Below, in pieces: positions 7,368 to 13,806 of a stretch of 43,584 nt of DNA. Under the pieces are notes generated by a model that worked only from the letters and a program-made list of their open reading frames with translations, ran no database searches and was not told the origin of the DNA. Made by a program: the position numbers and the translations under genes. The DNA comes from a virus (Duplodnaviria > Caudoviricetes): IMG/VR virus record IMGVR_UViG_3300030376_006915, positions 1 to 43,584 of that record. One strand, written 5' to 3'. Positions within the stretch are counted from its first letter, which is position 1. The number at the start of each line of letters is the position of its first letter.

Positions 7368-7412
7368 CATTTGACAAACAATAGTGTTAGTCATAATAAT
7401 TAGATTTAGTTT

Positions 7413-9137
7413 ATGTTAAATACGGTAGAGGTTAATGGTTTTTTTGTCGAAAATTTCAATCAATATAATCTACCCGTTGGTAAAGCAGAGAGTGTTTGTC
7501 CTCTTTGCTCTCACCAACGTAAATCTGAAAACAAGAAAAAGAAATGCGCAAGTCTTGACTGGGAAAGAGGTTTAGGTACTTGTCACAACTGCAATAAAAC
7601 ATTTCAACTACACACTTACCAAAGAAAAGGAGGAACAGATCGAGAATATGCAAGGCCTTCTTATGATATAGAAACTCATAAACCAGTAGAAACCAAAGCT
7701 TTACAGTGGTTTAAATCAAGAGGTATATCTAAAAAAACTGTTCAAGACCTTAATATTTCAGAAGGATTAGAATACATGCCGCAAACCGGTAAAAAAGAAA
7801 ACACTATTAAATTTAATTATATGATAGGTGATCAACTTATCAATATTAAATACAGAGACGCAAGAAAAAACTTTAAGTTATATAAGGGAGCAGAAAAAGT
7901 ATTTTATAATATAAACAGTATAATAGGTTATAACTGGTGTGTTATAGTAGAAGGAGAAATGGATGTTTGTGCTATACACGAGATTGGTATTCCAAACGTA
8001 ATATCCGTTCCAAACGGTGCTACACTTAATACAAATAATTTAGATTATTTAGATAATTGTATTGATTACTTTGCTGATAAAGAAAAAATTATTATAGCGG
8101 TTGATAATGATGCAGCTGGTATAGCGTTAAAACAAGAATTAATAAGAAGATTAGGTTCTGAAGTTTGTTATACAGTAGACTATAATAAACATAAAGACGC
8201 AAATGAAGTATTATTAGAGGATCCTAAATCTTTAATTAATATAATAGAAAAGGCATCTCCTGTACCCTTAGAGAATGTTACAACCTTTAAAGACTTAGAA
8301 GATGACTTACAAGACTTTGTTAAAAACGGTTTTAAACCGGGATTTCAGATTGGCATTAATAACTTTGATAATATCTTCAGTACTTACACTGGTCAGTTTA
8401 TTACTGTTACTGGTATACCGAGTAGTGGTAAAAGTGATTTCGTTGATCAAATGGTTATTGGATATAACATAGGTCATGATTGGAAAATAGGTTTTGCTTC
8501 ACCTGAAAACGCACCTACATATTTACACGCACACAAAATTATGCGTAAAATATGGGGAGGTATGCCTTCACATGAAGATATTGATGGCGATAAGTGGAAA
8601 GAGGTCTCAAATCATATAAATGAAAATTATTATTTTATTGATCTTGAAGTGCCATCACTTGAAGCTGTGTTAAGAAAAGGTGCAGAGCTTGTAAAGCGTA
8701 AAGGTATTAAGTGTTTAGTTATTGACCCTTTTAATAAAATTAGAGACGTAGATGCTAATAGTATGGATGTTAATACTTACACATTAGAATATTTAACTAA
8801 AATTGAACAGTTTGCAAAACGATATGATGTTTTAGTAATTATAGTTGCACACCCAACAAAAATGTATAAAGATAGTTCAGGTAAAATTGAAGAGCCTACT
8901 ATGTACAATATTAAAGGTGGAGGTGAATGGTATGACGCGAGTTACCATGGGTTATTAGTACATAGAGATTATGAAAATAAAACAACAAAAGTAAAAGTAT
9001 TAAAAGTAAAGTTTCAAAACTTAGGTGAAAATGGCGCTGAATGTTTTTTTACTTGGGAACCAAAAAGCGGTTCATATATACCACATATAGAAGAAGATGC
9101 AGAATTGAATAACCCTTTACCTTGGGAAAATGTATAG
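7413..9137 (+). CDS. Bifunctional DNA primase-helicase (T7 gp4/Twinkle-like)
   Basis: Zn finger CPLC...CHNC; TOPRIM (VEGEMD, DND, KDANE); SF4 helicase Walker A GIPSSGKS, LVIDP, VAHP. Confidence 0.93.
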   Translation: MLNTVEVNGFFVENFNQYNLPVGKAESVCPLCSHQRKSENKKKKCASLDWERGLGTCHNCNKTFQLHTYQRKGGTDREYARPSYDIETHKPVETKALQWFKSRGISKKTVQDLNISEGLEYMPQTGKKENTIKFNYMIGDQLINIKYRDARKNFKLYKGAEKVFYNINSIIGYNWCVIVEGEMDVCAIHEIGIPNVISVPNGATLNTNNLDYLDNCIDYFADKEKIIIAVDNDAAGIALKQELIRRLGSEVCYTVDYNKHKDANEVLLEDPKSLINIIEKASPVPLENVTTFKDLEDDLQDFVKNGFKPGFQIGINNFDNIFSTYTGQFITVTGIPSSGKSDFVDQMVIGYNIGHDWKIGFASPENAPTYLHAHKIMRKIWGGMPSHEDIDGDKWKEVSNHINENYYFIDLEVPSLEAVLRKGAELVKRKGIKCLVIDPFNKIRDVDANSMDVNTYTLEYLTKIEQFAKRYDVLVIIVAHPTKMYKDSSGKIEEPTMYNIKGGGEWYDASYHGLLVHRDYENKTTKVKVLKVKFQNLGENGAECFFTWEPKSGSYIPHIEEDAELNNPLPWENV

Positions 9138-9193
9138 ATTTACTATATTTGTATGTGCCTGTCTTCATACTTTACCGCAAAACAAAATTCAAC

Positions 9194-9448
9194 ATGGGTA
9201 CTTATAGCTCAACGCGTCTTGAAAATAAAGCATGGGACTATTGTGTAAAAAACAATATAAGAATATTTCCTGTGTGTGTAGAAAACGGAAAATCGTGGAA
9301 AGTTGGTATAAACTTAGGTCCTTATAAAAAAGGAGAAAAACCAAACTTATCACCTGATGTATATGGTCCCGGTGAAATACAAAAACAAATATATAAAGCA
9401 AGTATTTATTATTATAATAAGTACGAATTGAACACGAAAACCAATTGA
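9194..9448 (+). CDS. Hypothetical protein (start 9194 preferred over 9122)
   Basis: ORF track 9122-9448; the in-frame ATG at 9194 avoids overlap with the helicase. Confidence 0.65.
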   Translation: MGTYSSTRLENKAWDYCVKNNIRIFPVCVENGKSWKVGINLGPYKKGEKPNLSPDVYGPGEIQKQIYKASIYYYNKYELNTKTN

Positions 9449-9454
9449 TAATAA
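9423..9454 (+). promoter_or_regulatory. Early promoter-like motif, copy 8 (upstream of the nucleotide-metabolism operon)
   Basis: ACG aattgaac ACG aaaaccaat TGATA ataa. Confidence 0.7.
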
Positions 9455-9459
9455 AAACA

Positions 9460-10263
9460 ATGATATACGAAGAGCAATATAGAAAACTACTAATTGATAT
9501 AATAAAAAACGGAGACCTACGTAAAGATAGAACAGGCGTTGGCACAAAAGCTTTATTTCATAAACAATTAAGTATACAGCTTCTTACAGAAAGTAAATTA
9601 GGATTAACGAAAATTACAGGTAAAAACTTTCCAATATTAAAAGGCAAGCACATGAGCCAAAAAATATTTGACACAGAGTTTGAATGGTTTATGCGCGGGG
9701 AAACAAATATTCAAAGATTTAAAGACAATGATGTTCATATATGGGACAACTGGGCTACACCTGAAGGTGATTTAGGACCTGTTTATGGTTATCAATTAAG
9801 AAACTTTAATGGAGAAGATATAGATCAATTAAAAGACCTTATAGATAATATTAATGCGGATAGACACAGCAGGCGCCATGTAATAAGTTTATGGAATCCC
9901 GCAATGACGGAGCAAATGGCTTTGCCTCCTTGCTATTTATATTTTCAATTTTATGTGTATCAAGGCAAGCTTAACATGTTTGTAGTTCAAAGATCAGGTG
10001 ATATGTTTTTAGGCATACCTTATGATATTTGTTTATTTACAAAAATTATGTTATATGTTGCTTCTGAAACGAACACTTTACCTAATAAATTAGATGTATC
10101 TATAATTGACGCGCATATATATACAAATCATTTTGATGCAGTAGGAAAATATATAGAACAAACAAATTATAAAGATGATTGTTCTTTTACGTATGAAAGT
10201 GGTAACTTAGTATTACATGATTATACCCCCGGGCCAATAATTAAAGCAGAAGTAGCTATATAA
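9460..10263 (+). CDS. thyA: Thymidylate synthase (ThyA)-family enzyme; the Asn-to-Asp specificity change suggests a dCMP methylase
   Basis: DRTGVGT, LGPVYGYQLR, SRRH, LPPC, QRSGDMFLGIPYD, DAHIY, C-terminal AEVAI; ATG 9460 preferred because TTG 9445 lies in the promoter motif. Confidence 0.9.
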   Translation: MIYEEQYRKLLIDIIKNGDLRKDRTGVGTKALFHKQLSIQLLTESKLGLTKITGKNFPILKGKHMSQKIFDTEFEWFMRGETNIQRFKDNDVHIWDNWATPEGDLGPVYGYQLRNFNGEDIDQLKDLIDNINADRHSRRHVISLWNPAMTEQMALPPCYLYFQFYVYQGKLNMFVVQRSGDMFLGIPYDICLFTKIMLYVASETNTLPNKLDVSIIDAHIYTNHFDAVGKYIEQTNYKDDCSFTYESGNLVLHDYTPGPIIKAEVAI

Positions 10264-11015
10264 TGTATTACTTGTATCACATTCCTGGAAAAAAAATAGG
10301 TGTAACAACAAACCTATTAAAACGTGTAACTAAAACACAAGGTTACAAATCAGGTGAGTATGAAATTTTACTCAGCTCTGACGATATAGATTTTATATCA
10401 GATCAAGAAAGAGAACTACAAAAAAAGTTTGGATACAAAGTGGATATAACTCCATATAATAAATTATTAAAGACTAAAAAAGAAATGAAAATTAATATTA
10501 CTGAACAAACGACAACTTTTCCCTGTCCGCGTGTTCATTTAGCTGATGCCTTAATAGAAAACGATGGTATGACATGGGAAACTACATTAGGTGAATTTAA
10601 AAACACAGAAGAAACAAGAATATGGATATTAGCAAATGCTAAAAAATCTATGTTTAATAACGAAAAGTGTTTTATATATAACAAAGCATATTATGAAGAA
10701 TTTTTATTCCAAACAAACGGAAGAAATATATTTGATCGTATAAGGGCTTGGGCAAAAGAAAGAAACATATATACTCACGGAGATATTAAAACGCAGCTAT
10801 TAAAGCTGTATGAAGAAACAGGAGAGCTTTCTGAAGCAGTATTAAAAGAAGATAAGCAAGAAACAATGGATGCTATTGGAGATTGTGTTGTTGTGTTAAC
10901 TAATCTATCTGAGCACCTTGGTGTTAATATAGAAAAGTGTATTGAACAAGCTTATCAGGAAATTAAAAATAGAAAAGGTAAAATGGTTAACGGAACATTT
11001 GTAAAAGATGAGTAA
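10263..11015 (+). CDS. MazG-like NTP pyrophosphohydrolase with an N-terminal GIY-YIG-like extension
   Basis: C-terminal QLLKLYEETGELSEA...DAIGDCVVVLTNL...IKNRKG; N-terminal YYLYHIPGKKIGVTTNLLKR. Confidence 0.8.
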   Translation: MYYLYHIPGKKIGVTTNLLKRVTKTQGYKSGEYEILLSSDDIDFISDQERELQKKFGYKVDITPYNKLLKTKKEMKINITEQTTTFPCPRVHLADALIENDGMTWETTLGEFKNTEETRIWILANAKKSMFNNEKCFIYNKAYYEEFLFQTNGRNIFDRIRAWAKERNIYTHGDIKTQLLKLYEETGELSEAVLKEDKQETMDAIGDCVVVLTNLSEHLGVNIEKCIEQAYQEIKNRKGKMVNGTFVKDE

Positions 11016-11265
11016 AAGAGGATATGATTTTAGAGACCCTATCATACAAAAAGTGGTAGAAAAGTTTATATCAAGATCTGATGTAGGTTTTGATAAATAT
11101 AAAGTTACACTTGACGAAGACAGTAAATCAATAAATGAATGGCTTAATAATATACAAGAAGAATTAATGGACGCTGTAAACTATATTGAAAAACTTAAAT
11201 CAGTTTTAACTGATGAGCTTCAAGAAGTCTTATTAAAAGATTATAATGAAAAGGATAAGACGTAG
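11008..11265 (+). CDS. Small all-alpha NTP-pyrophosphatase-like protein
   Basis: RSDVGFDKYKVTL...EWLNNIQEELMDAVNY contains an EExxD metal motif. Confidence 0.55.
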   Translation: MSKRGYDFRDPIIQKVVEKFISRSDVGFDKYKVTLDEDSKSINEWLNNIQEELMDAVNYIEKLKSVLTDELQEVLLKDYNEKDKT

Positions 11266-11728
11266 TAAAAAGCGTGGCCCCGTTGTATCAAAGAAAGTTA
11301 CATATGACGGGATTAATTTTGCTTCAGGTTTAGAAAAATATATGTATATTGCATTAAAGCAAAACAGTATTAAAGCTAAGTACGAAAAAAGAACTTTTGT
11401 TTTAATTCCTGAATTTTACTTTAATAATGAAAGTTATGAAAGAACAGCAAACGCTAAAGGTGAGTTTAAAAACAGAGGCGTTAAAAAAATACAATCAATA
11501 AAATATACCCCTGATTTTGAAGGAGAAAAATTTATAATTGAATGTAAAGGTCGTGCAAACGAAACGTTTTCTATGCGGTGGAAATTGTTTAAAAAATATG
11601 TTACAGAACAACTTCCGGGTATTGTACTTTACAAACCCCAAAACCAAAAAGAATGCGACAAAACAGTGAAGCTAATATTAGAGTCTCAAAAGCAATTGCA
11701 AGACAAAAATATAAAGAAAGACAAATAA
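11246..11728 (+). CDS. T7 endonuclease I-like Holliday junction resolvase
   Basis: FASGLE, KYTPDF and IIECKG PD-(D/E)XK motifs. Confidence 0.8.
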   Translation: MKRIRRSKKRGPVVSKKVTYDGINFASGLEKYMYIALKQNSIKAKYEKRTFVLIPEFYFNNESYERTANAKGEFKNRGVKKIQSIKYTPDFEGEKFIIECKGRANETFSMRWKLFKKYVTEQLPGIVLYKPQNQKECDKTVKLILESQKQLQDKNIKKDK

Positions 11729-11826
11729 ATAAATATACTAATTGGGCTATGGAAAGCAGAGGTTATTTAAAATGGCGTGAGTTAGTAGACGTTCAAAATA
11801 AACACGGAGTAAAAATTTATGGCTAA
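11653..11826 (+). CDS. Small hypothetical protein (57 aa, MRQNSEANIRVSK...)
   Basis: Manual ORF filling the gap after the endonuclease. Confidence 0.5.
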   Translation: MRQNSEANIRVSKAIARQKYKERQINKYTNWAMESRGYLKWRELVDVQNKHGVKIYG

Positions 11827-11959
11827 AGGTATTTCATATTCAACTGTAGAAAGAAAAAAAGTTAGAAGACCAGGTGTGCACGCAAAAACTAAAACTAGTG
11901 GTTTGAAGTCTAGTAAATATTATAAAAAAAAATATAGGGGGCAAGGAAAAAAAAGATGA
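11819..11959 (+). CDS. Small highly basic protein (46 aa) ending KKKYRGQGKKR
   Basis: Manual translation MAKGISYSTVERKKVRRPGVHAKTKTSGLKSSKYYKKKYRGQGKKR. Confidence 0.65.
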   Translation: MAKGISYSTVERKKVRRPGVHAKTKTSGLKSSKYYKKKYRGQGKKR

Positions 11960-12102
11960 AGAACAAGCCAAATTGGGAAGTACACATAGGATTTTATCCA
12001 GGAATATTATTAGGAGTGCGTAGTTATAGAATGAAGGATTATGATGATCATGTGTTGTATTTACCCCTTGTAGATTTTTGTTTAACAATTTATAAAAAAT
12101 AA
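11956..12102 (+). CDS. Small hypothetical protein (48 aa; IGFYPGILLGVRSY...HVLYLPLVD)
   Basis: Manual ORF; ATGA coupling. Confidence 0.6.
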   Translation: MKNKPNWEVHIGFYPGILLGVRSYRMKDYDDHVLYLPLVDFCLTIYKK

Positions 12103-12103
12103 T

Positions 12104-12526
12104 ATGGAATTAAATCAAATTAAAAGTATACTAATAGACTTATTTAAAAATGACTTTAGTAAAAAAAATAGACAAAGACACAACGTGTATCAAAGAGCGG
12201 TATTTTTTAGATTATGTCGAGATCTTACTCCATATGCGTTAACTGATATTGGAGCGGTAATAGATAAGGATCATGCTTCTGTATTGCATGGATTAAAATT
12301 ATTTAAAAATTTTAAAGATTGGGGAGAAGATATATATCTTTCAATATACAATGAAGCTAGGCTTAAACTAAAGCAACGATACGATTTTGCTAATCCTCAT
12401 CTTAACATGACTGTTGAACAAAGATATAAAGAGCTTTTTATGAACCATATAATTCTTAAAGAAAAATACTATAAAACGAAGCAAGAGTTAGATAAAATGC
12501 GTAACTTAGAGTTAATTGAAGGATAA
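12104..12526 (+). CDS. DnaA C-terminal (domain IV)-like DNA-binding protein
   Basis: RQRHNVYQRAVFFRLCRDLT...LTDIGAVIDKDHASVLHG matches the DnaA_C pattern R...YL.RELT..SL..IG..F.RDHTTVLHA. Confidence 0.8.
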   Translation: MELNQIKSILIDLFKNDFSKKNRQRHNVYQRAVFFRLCRDLTPYALTDIGAVIDKDHASVLHGLKLFKNFKDWGEDIYLSIYNEARLKLKQRYDFANPHLNMTVEQRYKELFMNHIILKEKYYKTKQELDKMRNLELIEG

Positions 12527-12527
12527 A

Positions 12528-12761
12528 ATGCCATATACAATAGACGATATAGAAAAAATAGCTGAATACAAGTCATGGTCAAAAAAAAGAAAAGTTGATA
12601 CATTGCTTGAAATAGATGCTGACCTATATTGTAATTTAGGTATAGAGTCTACAAAAACGGAAATAGAAGCTATAAAAATACAATCCAGAAAAATATATAG
12701 ACTTATAAAAACTATAGACGAGTATAGTGGTAAGTTATTATTAAGAAACGAGGCGCGATGA
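12528..12761 (+). CDS. Hypothetical protein
   Basis: ORF track 12516-12761; ATG at 12528 preferred. Confidence 0.7.
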   Translation: MPYTIDDIEKIAEYKSWSKKRKVDTLLEIDADLYCNLGIESTKTEIEAIKIQSRKIYRLIKTIDEYSGKLLLRNEAR

Positions 12762-12958
12762 AAATGAAGTTAGCTGATTATATTGTATGTTTTTTTGTAA
12801 TACTTTTATTCATTATGGCGGCCTCTTGTAGTAAAGAAGAAAGCAATTGTTATGAATACTATTATTATGATGAAGAAATTGTAAATGAATGTGAGTTTGG
12901 AATATGCACACAAACAGTACAAGAAATAACAACCTGTATAAGTTATGAAGGAGAATAA
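12758..12958 (+). CDS. Putative small lipoprotein
   Basis: Basic N-terminus, hydrophobic stretch, AASC lipobox, acidic Cys-rich mature part. Confidence 0.6.
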   Translation: MKMKLADYIVCFFVILLFIMAASCSKEESNCYEYYYYDEEIVNECEFGICTQTVQEITTCISYEGE

Positions 12959-13145
12959 ATTAATTTTAATGGCACGTAATCTACAGAGGTTAGAAGAAAC
13001 AGTAGATCAACTTATTAGAGAAGTAGTTAGAACTCAAAACATGACCATAGGAACATTGGAGGTTATAAAAAGAATGAAAGGATACGAAAAAGCAGTTGAT
13101 ACGCTTAAAAAAGAAAATCAAAAAGAAAGTAAAAAAAATAACTAA
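12945..13145 (+). CDS. Hypothetical coiled-coil protein; last gene of the + arm
   Basis: ORF track. Confidence 0.65.
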   Translation: MKENKLILMARNLQRLEETVDQLIREVVRTQNMTIGTLEVIKRMKGYEKAVDTLKKENQKESKKNN

Positions 13146-13169
13146 TCAGTTTTTTTTCATATTAATTAG

Positions 13170-13367
13170 TCAGGAAAGGGGCACAGCTTTGTGCTCCTTT
13201 TTATTTATACTATCTTTAATACGCTGTTGTTCATGCCAATATTTAGAAGGGTATTTTTCTGAAAGATAACCTATAACACTACTCTTAATAGTATAACAAG
13301 AAACAAAAGTAAGTAATACACATACAAGCAAAAGCTTTTTATATAATGCTATACACTGCTTTTCCAT
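13170..13367 (-). CDS. Putative lipoprotein, possibly a spanin-like lysis accessory
   Basis: KK + LLLVCVLLTF + VSC lipobox; overlaps the endolysin 3' end. Confidence 0.5.
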   Translation of the reverse strand: MEKQCIALYKKLLLVCVLLTFVSCYTIKSSVIGYLSEKYPSKYWHEQQRIKDSINKKEHKAVPLS

Positions 13368-13800
13368 TTTTTCTTTCTGCTTTTAAACAACGCTTTCTGT
13401 TTTGATCTTCTGATACATAACTTATATGCACCCAATCTGGGTTTGTATCATTACCAAACTCCCATATAAGTTGATCAAAATTTAAGTTGTCTTTTATATA
13501 ATTATACATTTCTGCATTTGTTTTATATCCAAATGTATCATCAATATCAATTGCTCTTCCCTCACAATGTTGCGATCTGCTACTTCCCCCTATTGCTGTG
13601 TTTAAATCTACAGACCTAAAAAATGAATTTATTTTTACAGGACCGCGAACCCAATCTCTTAAAGGTTCAAATATATTTAAAGCAACAGCTTCCATATTTG
13701 CTAATTGATAGTTGTCTGGTATATTGTCAATGTTTAATCGAGTAGCGGTATTTGACAGTACTCCTTCTCTATAAGATATGTGATGACTAATATTTTTCAT
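13339..13800 (-). CDS. Endolysin, peptidase M15 family (zinc peptidoglycan peptidase)
   Basis: INSFFRS, SQHCEGRAIDID and WVHISY Zn-binding motifs; FDQLIWEFG. Confidence 0.9.
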   Translation of the reverse strand: MKNISHHISYREGVLSNTATRLNIDNIPDNYQLANMEAVALNIFEPLRDWVRGPVKINSFFRSVDLNTAIGGSSRSQHCEGRAIDIDDTFGYKTNAEMYNYIKDNLNFDQLIWEFGNDTNPDWVHISYVSEDQNRKRCLKAERKNGKAVYSII

Positions 13801-13806
13801 AAATTT

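Noticed and set aside
7371-7399. TTGACA as a sigma70 -35 box
   Set aside because: No good -10 at 16-18 bp spacing, and the inferred host phylum uses a different consensus.
159-9454. Repeated ACG/TGATA motif as a CRISPR array or attC-like cassette sites
   Set aside because: The copies are dispersed, degenerate, non-palindromic and irregularly spaced, and no cas or integrase gene is present.
11840-12088. 82-aa minus-strand ORF
   Set aside because: The region is better explained by coupled plus-strand mini-genes.
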